Assembly (NCBI GenBank): GCA_963740415.1
Contig: CAVUEC010000013.1
Location: 534,726-598,725 of the forward strand
Reading direction: 5' to 3'
Source: Candidatus Eiseniibacteriota bacterium
Lineage (GTDB): Bacteria > Eisenbacteria > RBG-16-71-46 > SZUA-252
DNA: 64,000 nucleotides
The translations under genes were made by a program, and so were the position numbers. A model generated the notes under the pieces. It was given only the letters and a program-made list of their open reading frames with translations, was not told the origin of the DNA and made no database searches. Position 1 is the stretch's first letter. Each line of letters starts with the position of its first letter. This document shows positions 1 to 14,100 of this stretch, one piece after another.

Positions 1-1484
1 GGAGGGGGAGTCGCTCGCGATTCTGAATGCAAGCCGGACGCCGCCCTTCCCGCTCGACGAGACCGCGACCGCGTCGGAGGACCTGAGGCTCCGGTACCGG
101 TATCTCGATCTGCGCCGCGAGACGCTCCAAAAGAACATCGCGTTCCGGCACGCCATGACGCGAAGCGTCCGCGAGTTTCTCTCGGACCATGACTTTCTGG
201 AAATCGAGACGCCGATGCTGGTGCGGCCGACGCCCGAAGGCGCGCGCGACTACGTGGTGCCGTCCCGCGTGCATCCCGGGCAAGTTCTACGCGCTCCCGC
301 AGTCGCCGCAGCTCTACAAGCAGATCCTCATGGTCGCGGGCTTCGACCGCTACTTCCAGATCGCGCGATGCCTGAGGGACGAGGATCTGCGTGCGGACCG
401 CCAGCCGGAGTTCACCCAGATCGATCTCGAGATGACCTTCGTGACCGAGGACGACGTGTTCGAGGTGGTGGAGGGCATGCTCGCCAGCGTCTTCCGCCGC
501 GACCTGAACCGGGAGCTCAAAGTGCCGTTCCCCAGGCTCACGTACCGGGACGCGATGGAGCGATTCGGCACGGACAAGCCGGACCTTCGCATCCCGTTCG
601 AGATCCACGACGTGACGGACGTCGCGGGGGACAGCGCCTTCGAGAAATTCCGCGAGGCCAAGGCCGCGTCGCCGGGCTCCATGACGGGCGCGCTCGCGAT
701 CCCGGGGCTCGCCACGTCGTCGCGCCGCGAGATCGACGCGTGGGAGGCGGCCGCGAAGCAGGTGGGCGCGGCGGGGCTCGCGTGGGCTCGCGTCAAGGGA
801 GGCGCCCTGGACGGCGGCATCGCCAAGCACTTCGCGGGCGACCTGGCCGGGCGTTTGATCGCGGCCCTGGGCGCCGAGGAAGGCGCGCTTCTGCTCATCG
901 CCTCCGGACCGCGAGCCGTGGTGCTGCGGTCGCTGGGCCACCTCCGCACCCAGATCGGGAACGCGAGTTTCAAGCTCGACCCCAAAGACTTTCGATTCGT
1001 CTGGGTGCACCAGTTTCCGCTCTTTGAGTGGATCGAGGAGCGAAAGGCGTGGGCGCCGGCCCACCACATCTTCACGATGCCGCTGGACGAGCACCTCGCT
1101 CACCTGACCAGCGACCCCGGCAAGGTGCACGCGCAGCTCTACGATCTCGCGGGCAATGGGAACGAGCTGGCGAGCGGCAGCATCCGAATCCACCGAAAGG
1201 ACATCCAGGAAAAGGTGATGGCGGTGATCGGCATGACGGCCGAGGAGGCGCAGACCAAGTTCGGTTTCCTGCTCGAGGCCTTCGAATACGGCGCGCCGCC
1301 GCACGGCGGAATCGCGCTGGGCTTGGACCGGCTGGTGGTCCTCTTCAACGGCGGCGATTCCATCCGGGACGCGATCGCGTTCCCCAAGACGGCGAGGGCT
1401 TCGTCCCTGATGGACGACGCGCCCGCGCCCATTGACTCCGCGGACTTGAAAGAGCTGAGCCTCAAGAGCCTTGTAAACCCCTGA
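1..1484 (+). CDS. aspS: Aspartate--tRNA ligase. The 5' end lies outside the window. Reading frame is broken at 275-280.
   Basis: Frame 2 from nt 2 reads [15 protein letters not shown]...[37 protein letters not shown]. Frame 3 then continues [53 protein letters not shown] ... [16 protein letters not shown]. These are class II AspRS signature blocks. The two frames join if one base is removed from the CCCGGG run at 275-280. Confidence 0.9.
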
Positions 1485-1520
1485 CCGGGCCGGGCCGACC
1501 GGGCCTGGTACCCTTTCTGC
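1485..1520 (+). terminator. Possible intrinsic terminator after aspS
   Basis: GC-rich hairpin: 1485-1491 pairs with 1502-1508 (one G-U pair), plus 2 further bp, with a 4-nt loop. It is followed by taccctttctgctct. Confidence 0.4.
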
Positions 1521-1583
1521 TCTGGGCTATATGGGGAGGCCAGCCAAGCTTGACTTCCGCGCCCCCAATGCTACGGTCAATGG

Positions 1584-1973
1584 GTGTCAGGTGTGCCCTC
1601 AAGAGGGGCCAAAGAGTCGCCTAATTTGATTAAAAGAAATAACTTAGCCTTGCCAATGGCCCCCAGGGACGGAGGGCCCGATCCGGGAATTTTGGAGCGA
1701 CCCAGCTCTGGTCGTGCGGCCTGGATCTGGCCGGCCGTTTCGGTCGTCTTGGTGCTCTCGGGCTGCGGCGGCGCCACGGCCCCTTGTCCCACCCCGACGA
1801 CCGAGCTGGACCGGCTCCGGGCCGAGTCCCAAACGGTCGAGGGGGACTTGGACCACGCGACGGTGGCCGACCGCGAGCTGCGGGTCAGGCGCGACGCCGC
1901 GCTGCGCCGCATCGGGTCGGCCCAGACCGCTCTCGATTCGCTGGGCGGCGCGGGCTCGGGCGGCGCCCGGTGA
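1584..1973 (+). CDS. Small coiled-coil lipoprotein, hypothetical. Start uncertain; alternative Met at 1656.
   Basis: Signal peptide with lipobox (AVSVVLVLSGC), followed by a heptad-like Ala/Arg/Leu/Glu-rich region. Its stop overlaps the GTG of the next gene (GTGA at 1970-1973). Confidence 0.5.
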   Translation: MSGVPSRGAKESPNLIKRNNLALPMAPRDGGPDPGILERPSSGRAAWIWPAVSVVLVLSGCGGATAPCPTPTTELDRLRAESQTVEGDLDHATVADRELRVRRDAALRRIGSAQTALDSLGGAGSGGAR

Positions 1974-2530
1974 AGGCCTGGCGCGTGATGTGCGCGGCGG
2001 TGCTGCTCCTCGCGGCCCATGGCTGCGGGAAGCCGGTGCTCCGGCTGGCCGACGCGTCGCTGGGGGATTACTACACGGAGAAGGAGTACAACAAGCTTAC
2101 GGACGAGCAACGCCAGGAATACTGCCAGGATCTCGCGGATCAGCGCGAGACGTTCGAATCCGAGATCGCCGACGCGCGCGAGGCGCTGGATGCGCTTCAA
2201 CTCGGGGCCCCGGCCCGGCGCGCCGAGGTCGACTCGCTACAAAATGTCGCCGCGGCGCTCGAAGCGCAGGTCGCCGAGGCGAGAGCCAAGGGCGGCGCGT
2301 CGCGCTCCGCCTCGCACGACGCCGGCGCGGCCGGCGTCGCCACCACCCCGAAGGCGGGCCATCTCGAGACCTACGTCGTGAAGAAGGGCGATTCACTCTG
2401 GAGGATCAGCGGCCTCGCCGAATTGTTCGGCCGCTCCTCCGAATGGTCGCGCCTCTTCGATGCCAATCGGGACCGAATCCGGAATCCGGATCGGATCTAC
2501 CCGGGACAGGAGCTCCAGATTCCACGATGA
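1970..2530 (+). CDS. LysM-domain coiled-coil lipoprotein
   Basis: N-terminus reads KAWRVMCAAVLLLAAHGC, a lipoprotein-type signal. The middle is coiled-coil. The C-terminal LysM motif is YVVKKGDSLWRISGLAELFG...WSRLFDANRDRIRNPDRIYPGQELQIP. The longer track ORF from 1784 is an Arg/Gly-rich extension and is unlikely to be real. Confidence 0.7.
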   Translation: MKAWRVMCAAVLLLAAHGCGKPVLRLADASLGDYYTEKEYNKLTDEQRQEYCQDLADQRETFESEIADAREALDALQLGAPARRAEVDSLQNVAAALEAQVAEARAKGGASRSASHDAGAAGVATTPKAGHLETYVVKKGDSLWRISGLAELFGRSSEWSRLFDANRDRIRNPDRIYPGQELQIPR

Positions 2531-3517
2531 CCACGAAGCCCGACGAAACCACGCGCTTGATCCCGGTCGAGAACTTGGACCCGCTCTCGCTGTTCGGGCG
2601 AAACGACGGCAACCTTCGCCTGGTCGAGCGGAACTACCCGGTTCAGCTCACCTACCGCGACGGAAAGATCTCGGTGAAGGGCGACCCTGCCAGCGTCGAC
2701 GAGGTGAGCTCGATCCTGAGCGCGCTCGCCGAGCTGGTGCGGAAGGGAGCCGTTCTCGAGGAGCATGACGTCCACAATTTCATCGGACTCAACGATCCGG
2801 ACGATCGCGACGCGTCGATGCAGCTCTACGAGCGCCCCGTGCTGTTCACGTTCGACAAGCGGACCATCCGGGTCAAGACGCTGGGCCAGGCGCGCTACGT
2901 GGCCGCGCTTCAGAGGCACGACATCGTGTTCTCGATCGGCCCCGCGGGGACCGGGAAGACCTATCTCGCCGTCGCGGCCGCGGTCCACGCGCTCAAGTCG
3001 CGCCAGGTGGAGCGCATTCTGCTGGTTCGCCCGGCCGTCGAGGCGGGGGAGAACCTCGGGTTCCTCCCGGGCGACATGAAGGAGAAGGTCGATCCCTATC
3101 TCCGCCCGCTCTACGACGCGCTGAACGATCTGCTCTCCTACGAGAAGATCCGGCGTTTCCTGGATCTGGGCGTGATCGAGGTGGCCCCGCTCGCGTACAT
3201 GCGCGGCCGGACCCTCAACAGCGCGTTCGTGATCCTGGACGAGGCGCAGAACACGACCGTCGGCCAGATGAAGATGTTCCTGACCCGTCTCGGCTACGGC
3301 TCGAAGGCCGTGATCACCGGCGACGTGACGCAGATCGACCTCGGCGCGCAACACGCGTCGGGGCTGGTCGAGATCCAGGCGATCTTGAAGGGCGTGCCCG
3401 ATCTTTCATTCGTGTATCTCAACGAACGGGACGTGGTGCGGCACCACCTCGTGCGCGAAATCATCCGCGCGTTCGACGAGCACGAGAAGGCCACCGGGAA
3501 CGGATCGAGGGGATCGA

Positions 3518-3528
<11 letters not shown>
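2527..3528 (+). CDS. phoH: PhoH-like ATPase (YbeZ family)
   Basis: Walker A GPAGTGKTYLAV, VRPAVEAGENLGFLPGD, Walker B FVILDEAQN and ITGDVTQIDL. ATG 2527 overlaps the previous stop (ATGA). The track ORF from 1714 is an out-of-context extension. Confidence 0.9.
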
Positions 3529-5774
<2,246 letters not shown>

Positions 5775-5788
<14 letters not shown>

Positions 5789-6218
5789 GTCGCTCGTCCG
5801 CGCCGCGCTCCAACGCCTGGGCCGCCCGCGCGCGACCGCGTCGGTGGTCTTGACCGGCGACGAAACGATCCGCGCGCTCAATCGCGACTTCCGAGAGGTC
5901 GACAAGCCGACCGACGTGCTCTCCTTCCCGCTCGCCGATCCGCGCGCGATCGAGGATCCGTCCCGCCCGGTCTTTCTCGGCGAGATCTATGTCTCCCTGG
6001 AGACGGCGCGGCGCCAGGCGCGGTCCGCGCGGCGTCCGTACCCGCGCGAGGTGGCCCACCTGGTTCTCCACGGGCTGCTCCATCTTCTCGGCCACGATCA
6101 CGCGACCGCGACGGAGCGCCGACGCATGGCGGCCGCGGAATCGAAGCTGATGAGGCTTCTCAGGCCGCAAATCGCCGCGCTGGGGGCTGTGGGCCGCCGG
6201 GGCGAAGTGGTAAGATGA
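5775..6218 (+). CDS. ybeY: rRNA maturation endoribonuclease YbeY
   Basis: DVLSFPL and the zinc motif HLVLHGLLHLLGHDH. TTG 5775 is the first in-frame start after the upstream stop. The track ORF from 5604 overlaps the HD gene. Confidence 0.85.
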
Positions 6219-6222
6219 CAAG

Positions 6223-6828
6223 ATGTTGAATCGTTTGCGGACCCATTTCCTGACCGGGCTCATCGTGCTCGCACCGCTCGTGATCACGGGCTACGTGATC
6301 TGGAAGATGTTTGTGTTCGTGGACCATCTTCTCGGCACGACGCTCCGCGGCGGGTATCTGAGGCCCGGCGGCGTCCCGGGTCTTGGGTTCGTCACCGTGA
6401 TCCTCATCATCATGATCACGGGCGCGCTCGCGAACAACTTCCTGGGCCGGTCTCTCGGCAACGTGATCGAGTCCCTGATCCTCAGGGTTCCATTTTTGCG
6501 CGGGCTCTACCTCACGCTCAAGGAGATCGGCGAAGCCTTTCTGAGCGAGAAGAAGGGCGCGTTTCAGCGGGTCGTGCTCGTCCCGTTTCCCGCGGCCGGG
6601 CTCTACTCGATCGGTTTCGTGACGTCAGCGCCGCCGCGGTCGTTCGACGATTCGGTGGGGGAGCCGCTCGAGGGCGTCTTCATTCCCACGCCGCCCAATC
6701 CCACGACAGGGCACCTGGTCTATTACCCCAAGAGCCAGGTCATCCCCACCAAGCTCCGCGTGGATCAGGCGGTCAAGATGGTGGTGTCGGGGGGTGTGGT
6801 GGTTCCGCCCGAGGCGAGCGTCCCTTAG
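6223..6828 (+). CDS. DUF502-family membrane protein
   Basis: N-terminus LRTHFLTGLIVLAPLVITGYVIW, a second TM helix, and a conserved TPPNPTTG-type segment typical of DUF502. Confidence 0.7.
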   Translation: MLNRLRTHFLTGLIVLAPLVITGYVIWKMFVFVDHLLGTTLRGGYLRPGGVPGLGFVTVILIIMITGALANNFLGRSLGNVIESLILRVPFLRGLYLTLKEIGEAFLSEKKGAFQRVVLVPFPAAGLYSIGFVTSAPPRSFDDSVGEPLEGVFIPTPPNPTTGHLVYYPKSQVIPTKLRVDQAVKMVVSGGVVVPPEASVP

Positions 6829-6830
6829 CC

Positions 6831-7610
6831 ATGGCCATCATCCAGACCGACGCGCTCGTCCTCCGCTCGTACCGGCTGGGTGAGACGAGCCTGATCGTCC
6901 ACCTGTTCACCGGCGACCACGGGCTCATGCGCTGCGTCGCGAAGGGCGCGCGGGGAGCGAAGAGCCGCTTCGGTGCCTCGCTCGAGCCCGGCGTGAGGAT
7001 CAACGCCGTGATCTACCGGAAGGTGACCCGGGACCTCCAGCTCATCGCCAAGGCCGACATCATCACCTACTGGCCGTCCCTCTGGGAGGACGCCGACCGC
7101 TTCGCCAGCGCGGGCGCGGTTCTTGAATTCCTCGATCGCGCGGCCTACGGCGAGTCGGGCGACGAGACGCTCCTCGACCTCGCGACCGGGACGCTGGCCG
7201 CGATGGGCGCGGCGCCGATTCCTTCGCTCGAGGCGATCCTCCGCGGTTTCGAGATCCAATCGCTGCAGCGTCTCGGGCTGGCGCCCGAGCTGACTTCCTG
7301 CCTCGAGTGCCGGCGCGCCCTCGAGGGAGGAGGGCTCTTCCATCCGCTTCGCGGCGGGCTCCTCTGCGGCTCGCCGTGCGGCGGCGACGGCGGCAGCTTC
7401 CGAATTTCGGAGCGCGCGCGTCTCACCCTCATCGGCTTGGGCGAGCACGCCGCCGCGTCGGTGGGCGGATGGGCGATGGAGCGCTACCCGAGCGCCGAGG
7501 TCTCGCGCTCGATCGAGCGGTTCCTCTCCGCGCATCTGGAGCGCTTCCAGGGGCTCCGCGCGCAGCGCGTGGGCGAACGGATCGCCCAGTACGCAGTGGA
7601 GCGCGGATGA
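6831..7610 (+). CDS. recO: DNA repair protein RecO
   Basis: N-terminal OB-fold pattern ([37 protein letters not shown]) and a zinc-finger-like segment CLECRR...CGSPCG. Confidence 0.85.
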   Translation: MAIIQTDALVLRSYRLGETSLIVHLFTGDHGLMRCVAKGARGAKSRFGASLEPGVRINAVIYRKVTRDLQLIAKADIITYWPSLWEDADRFASAGAVLEFLDRAAYGESGDETLLDLATGTLAAMGAAPIPSLEAILRGFEIQSLQRLGLAPELTSCLECRRALEGGGLFHPLRGGLLCGSPCGGDGGSFRISERARLTLIGLGEHAAASVGGWAMERYPSAEVSRSIERFLSAHLERFQGLRAQRVGERIAQYAVERG

Positions 7611-7626
7611 AGTCGAATCGCTCGAG

Positions 7627-8566
<940 letters not shown>

Positions 8567-8574
<8 letters not shown>

Positions 8575-10687
8575 GAGCCTTCTCTTCGAAATAGGCTGCG
8601 AGGAGCTTCCGGCCGGGTTCATCGCTCCGGCCCTCTCCGAGCTGGAGGGCCTCGCCCGCGCCGGACTTGCCGAGGCGCGGCTTGGTTACGGCTCGCTCCG
8701 CGCCACGGGAACGCCGCGGCGCCTGGCGCTCATCGTCGAGAGCCTCGCCGACATCCAGGAAGACCGAAATCGCGAAGTGACCGGACCGGCCGTCCGCGTG
8801 GCGTTCGACGCGGCGGGGAAGCCGACCCAGGCCGCGCTGGGCTTCGCGAGGGGCGCCGGCGTCCCCGTCGAATCGCTGGATCGGATCACGACCCCCAAGG
8901 GCGAGTATCTCCTCGCGCGGGTCCTGGACCGCGGGAGGCCCGCGGCGGAGGTGTTGCCGGGGCTTCTGTCCGCGTGGGCGCAGGGACTCCACTTCCCGAA
9001 GACCATGCACTGGGAGGGCGCGGCGCGGTTCGCCCGGCCGGTTCGCTGGATCGTGGCATTGCTGGGCCAGAAGGTGCTCCCGCTCGAAGTCTTCGGAGTC
9101 GCCGCCGGGAAGAAGAGTCGCGGCCACAGGACGATCGCCCCCGCCTGGTTCGACGTCGGGCGGCCGGGCGATTATCCCGCGGCCCTGGAAGAGCGGGGAG
9201 TGGTCCTCGACCCCGCCGCCCGTCGCGAAGCGATCGCGGCCGAGCTGGGGAAGGCCGCGAAGAAGCTGTCCGGCCGTCCCGTCGAAGACCCCGAGCTGAT
9301 CGACGAGGTGGCGAACCTCGTCGAATGGCCCGAGGCCGTCGTGGGCTCGTTCGACCCCAAGTATCTCAAGCTCCCGCGGCCCGTGGTCGTCACCGCGATG
9401 CGCGCGCATCAGCGGTACTTCGCGGTCGAGGGCCCGGACGGCGCGCTGCTCCCCAACTTCGTCATGATCCGGAGCGGCCGGGGGGATGGCGCCGAGCGGA
9501 TTCGCCGCGGCACCGAGATCGTGCTCCGCGCGCGCCTCGAGGACGCCCGCTTCTACTGGGAGAACGATCTGAAAGGCGGGCTCGAGGCGAAGCTGCCCGC
9601 GCTGAAGGGCATGGTGTGGCACGAGCGCCTGGGGACGATCTACGACCGGAGTCAGCGGATCGCGGACTTGACCGAGGAATTGGCGCGATCGCTTGCGCCC
9701 GCGACCCGCGCGACCGTGGCCCGCGCCGCGCTTCTCTGCAAGGCGGACCTCGCAAGCGAGATGGTCCGATCCGGGAAGGAGTTCGCCTCGCTCCAAGGGG
9801 TGATCGGAGCCGAGTACGCCGCGGCGTCGGGCGAGCCCGCCCCCGTGGCGCAGGCGATCCGCGAGCAGTACCTGCCGGAGGGTCCCTCCGACCCCATCCC
9901 GGCTTCCACCGAGGGCCGGCTCCTGAGCCTCGCCGACAAGATCGAGGCGGTGGCCGGCGGCTTCCGCGCCGGCCTCGAGGTCACCGGCTCCCAGGACCCC
10001 TACGGGCTCCGCAGGGCCGGGAACGGCATCGTCCGGATCCTCCTGGACGCGGGCTGGAGACTGGATGTCCTCACGAGCGTGAAGTGGCTGGAGGGGGTCT
10101 ACGACAAGGCCGGGATCCAAAAGCCGGCGGGCTCGGGACTGACAGATTTCTGGGCACAGCGGGTGGACAGCGCCCTCTCCGATCGGGGCGTCTCCCACGA
10201 GGCGGCGGCGGCGGTCCTCGCGGTTCGCCCCGGCGACCCCCTGGATGTGCTGGATCGGGCGATGGCCCTGGACAAGATCCGCCAAAGCCCTGACTTTGAG
10301 GGACTTATGATCGGTTATCGCCGCGCGGCCAACATCCTCAAGTCGGCGCCCCCGGAAGATGTCGTGATTTCTGGACAGCCCCTTGCCGAGCGCGCCGAGG
10401 CCTTCGGCGACCGCGCCGAGGCGGATCTCCATCTGGAAACGAAGATGGCGCGGCAGGCCGTGGAGACCTATCTCCAGGCGCCGCGCCCTGACTACGCCGC
10501 TATCCTACGTCATCTATTGGGGCTACGGCCCGCCATCGATCGCTTTTTCGAGGCCGTGATGGTGATGGTGGACGACCCGGCGACCCGAAAAAGACGCCTC
10601 GGATTGTTACAGGCGGTCTCCCAGACCTTCCTCAGAATTGCCGATTTCTCCGCTCTCCCAAGCGCTCCAGGTCAAAAATCCGTTTGA
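8567..10687 (+). CDS. glyS: Glycine--tRNA ligase beta subunit
   Basis: [24 protein letters not shown] and FASLQG blocks. It overlaps the glyQ stop, and its length (706 aa) is typical. Confidence 0.9.
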
Positions 10688-10712
10688 CATTAGCGGCTTT
10701 TTCACCTATACT
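10684..10712 (+). promoter_or_regulatory. Near-consensus sigma70-type promoter
   Basis: TTGACA (10684-10689), 17-nt spacer, TATACT (10707-10712). The -35 element overlaps the glyS stop codon. It lies at the start of an AT-richer 450-nt gap. Confidence 0.6.
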
Positions 10713-10722
10713 GGGCGGGTAA

Positions 10723-10746
10723 AGGAGACAAAATAACTTGTCTCCT
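10723..10746 (+). other. Perfect 8-bp stem-loop at the predicted 5' end of the leader transcript
   Basis: AGGAGACA (10723-10730), an 8-nt loop aaataact, then TGTCTCCT (10739-10746). No U-tract follows, so it is not a terminator. Confidence 0.5.
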
Positions 10747-11144
10747 GGCAGCCGCAACCGCTAGAACCTATTGACCTTACACCTGACGAACGACATCGCC
10801 CGGGCTGACGGTGCGGCTCGCTTTGTCTTTGGTGGCTTTTTGCGCGGAACTTCAATTATTAGAATGAGATCGGAATTTAAAAGGGGGTGAGAATACTTCG
10901 GGCAACCGCTTACTGATTGTGATGAATAGGCTTGATTGAATCCAAAATCCAAAACATGAGGAAAGGAGGTCGGTGAACAACGCGAAGAGGGGCCCTATGG
11001 ATGCTCGGTATTGTCCCAACGAGCGGGCGCCTCGATGCTCCACTCCAAGCTCAACAGGTAGTACCAAGTCCCGTGAAGTCAGGTTCCAATCTAGTCCTCC
11101 CGATATTGGACTCCGAGTTAGGAAACGCTAAGGAGGATGTGAAA

Positions 11145-14100
11145 ATGCGGAAAACCTTATTTGCCATGCTTGGTCTAGTGGCGATCGCGATGTGGGCGCT
11201 GCCCGCGCTTGCGATTCCCACGGCCGGCGGGGTGGTTCCGGACGCTCCTGCAAAGGTTCGTCCTGAGCCGGTCGCTCTCGAGAACAGGGCCGGGAACATC
11301 GGCTCCATGGCTCGCGGCGAACGGTTGCAGGGCCCCCTTATGAGCGGCACCATGCTCAAGCAGACGGCCGTTACAACCAGCTGGTTCCTCTATCCCGGAG
11401 CTTGCGTCCAGCGTGCCCTCGGCACCTGGTCGCCGAAGACGAGCGCCGTGGCGGACAGCCTCCAGCCCACCGCCGGCTTCGCAAACTCGTCCGGTTACAC
11501 CGACAACCAGCCGGACATCGCGGGTAACAACAACACGATCGCCTACACGCGTAACGACGGTTCTCTCGCCGAGATCCTCTGGCACGTCGTGAACGTTGGC
11601 GTGCCGGCCGGTCAGCGTCCCGCGATCATCAGCGGATCCAACAGCCTCTGGTGCGGTAAGTTCGACGCGAACTTCCTCAACCCGAGCAAGGTTGGCTATC
11701 CGAACCTCACGTTCCAGATTCTCTACATCGACACGGGTGCCCATTCTGCCGCGTATCACCTTACGTTCAGCGGCAACCTGAGCTCCGAGCAGAACTACGA
11801 TTACAACTCGATTCTCGGCGGTGGCGGTGGCAACTCCGATCCGCTCCAGAATCGCCGCGACCTTATGAGCGACATGCTCCCGCCGGCGGGTGTTGTTACC
11901 TCCGGTCCGAACGGTGACTCCGACAACATCTGGACGTTCACGGGCAGCATCATCGCGGATCAGGTCCACACGCAGAATCACACGGCCTCGCTGGATAACG
12001 GCATCACGGTGGGTTCGGCATCGGTCGATCCGACGACGCAGAACTTCGACCTCACGATCGACGCGGATCACCGCGCCATCTACTGGGTCATGACCGCGGA
12101 CTGCTTGTTCTCGGGCGAAGACGGACTCTGGCCGTTGGGTAAGGGCCAGATCATCGACGACGTCACGACCAGCGACAACGGTGCGATGTACACCGATCAA
12201 GCGGCCATTGGCGGCGTGGATCCGTTCTCGGGCAACATCATCAAGGGCACGTACGGCAGCGCCGGCTTTATCTCCGCGCGCGTGCCGGCAGGCGTCGGCG
12301 AGCTCTGGCAGTTGGCTCCCGGCAACGAGAACGTGACCTCCGATATCTGCGCTCCCCAGAAGGCCGCGTCGACCGACCTCTTCTTCGAGGGCGGCGACCC
12401 GAACACCAATCTGGCGATCAACAAGCAGTTCAACTCGGTCGTTAGCTGTACGTTCGCGATTCCGGCTGGATCGGCGTCGGTTCTCGCTCTTTGGAACGAG
12501 TACCTCGACCTTCCGCGGTTCGCCGGCTACGTGCAGTACGCCGAGTTCCGTATCTACAAGAATGGGGCGTGGGGTAACTGGGATAACACCTCGCCGGGCG
12601 GCGGCGTTCTCACCGGCGCCAACCAGGCGTGGCTAGCGGACGGCGATGAGCTTTCCGCGGCGGTCCAGGCCGACTCGGTCCAGATCCGCTACGACATCCA
12701 GTGCATCCCGCCGTTCGCTGCCGACCGGGCCAACTGCTCGACGACGCAGACGAACGCGCTCCTCTATGACGACTTCCGTCTGCAGATCACCTCGGGCGTC
12801 CCGGCCCCGATCTTTGGGATCTTCCAGGGCGCCGTGGCTCAGACGACGTTCGTCGACGGCAGAATCGGTTCGACCGTCTCCGGTCCGCCGGCCAATTGCG
12901 GCGCCAAGGTCAATCAGTGCTGGCCTGGCAACCGCGGTTCCGGTCTCGGAAACGCGTCCGACCACAACATCTCGGTCAACGACAACTGGAACGCCGCGAC
13001 CGGCGACTCGATCACGCTCTCCATCGTGACCGGTCTCCGCAAGAACGGCATGGGCGTCAACTGGCGGCACGCGATCGACAAGAACATCACGGCTGGCGAG
13101 GACTACCAGGCTCGTACGAACGCCGCCTGGAATCCTGCGTTCGACATGCCGCGGATGATCTACCGCCTGTTCGATCCCGCGACCAAGACGTGGAGCGCGT
13201 TTGACTCGTGCGAGGTGTACGCGAACGCGACCCTGTCGGGCGCGGACACCGTCATCATCGACTCCGAGTACGCCATCAACTGGCCGCCGGATGACAAGGT
13301 TCGCGCGGGTGCTTCGCTGCCCGGCGGATTCACGTTGAACGGTGTCGGAGCGTACGCGAGCCTCTCGTTCCTCCCCGCTGGGACCCGGATGCAGTACTAC
13401 TTCAAGGGCGTCGACATCAACGGCGGAACGTCTTACCAGTTCTCGTCCGACGCGCTCGCCCGCGAAGTGGAAGATCTTCCGACCCTGCCGGGCAGCTCCA
13501 ACAAGGCTCCGGACATCATCGAGTGGCGCGTCCTCCCGAGCGTCTACGCGGCCGGACCGGCCGGCTCGCTCTTGGCCGGAAAGACCGACGCGGACGTGCT
13601 GAACCTGGACCAGGTCTACACGGGCTGGGCCTTCGGCTACGATCCGGTTGTCCAGGCGCTCCGTGGCTTGGGCGTTCGCAGCGACCGGTACCGCGACTTG
13701 GGTAGCGTCACGACCGCGAATCACTTCGGCGGCCATGAGCTCCCGGGCCAGCGTCCGGACCGTCTGTCGAACTTCATTCCGAACTACACCGAGTACCCGA
13801 TCGCCGACTCTCTGGCGTCCTGGTACAAGATCTTCATTTCTTCGTCGCACACCCGCACCATCAGCGAGTTCAACGAGCAGGATGCGACGCTGGCGGAGCA
13901 GTGGTGGGCCAAGGACACCGGGTCCAACCAGGGTGACCGCTGCATCTTCATGAGCGGCGACGATGGGATGAACACGCTTCTCAACACGACGGGCGTCGTG
14001 ACCACGCTGCAGCAGAGCCTCGCCACCAACGTGTTCGGCGTTGCTTCTGTGACCAACGCGTGGGCAGGCTCGACGACCACGCCGTACCCGACGATCGACG

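Noticed and set aside
1714-2526. N-terminal 270-aa extension of the phoH ORF. Analogous extensions occur at 41708-42112, 49797-50459, 52293-53147 and 58249-59898.
   Set aside because: The extensions are Arg/Pro/Gly-rich and overlap better-supported genes in other frames. The real starts are marked by RBS, signal peptide or ATGA/GTGA coupling.
10973-11131. 52-codon ORF with an AAGGAGG upstream, located in the leader of the 11145 gene
   Set aside because: I did not call it as a CDS. The SD-to-GTG spacing is only 3 nt. Third-position GC is about half, against very high values in real genes here. I recognise no homolog. It is kept as part of the leader finding.
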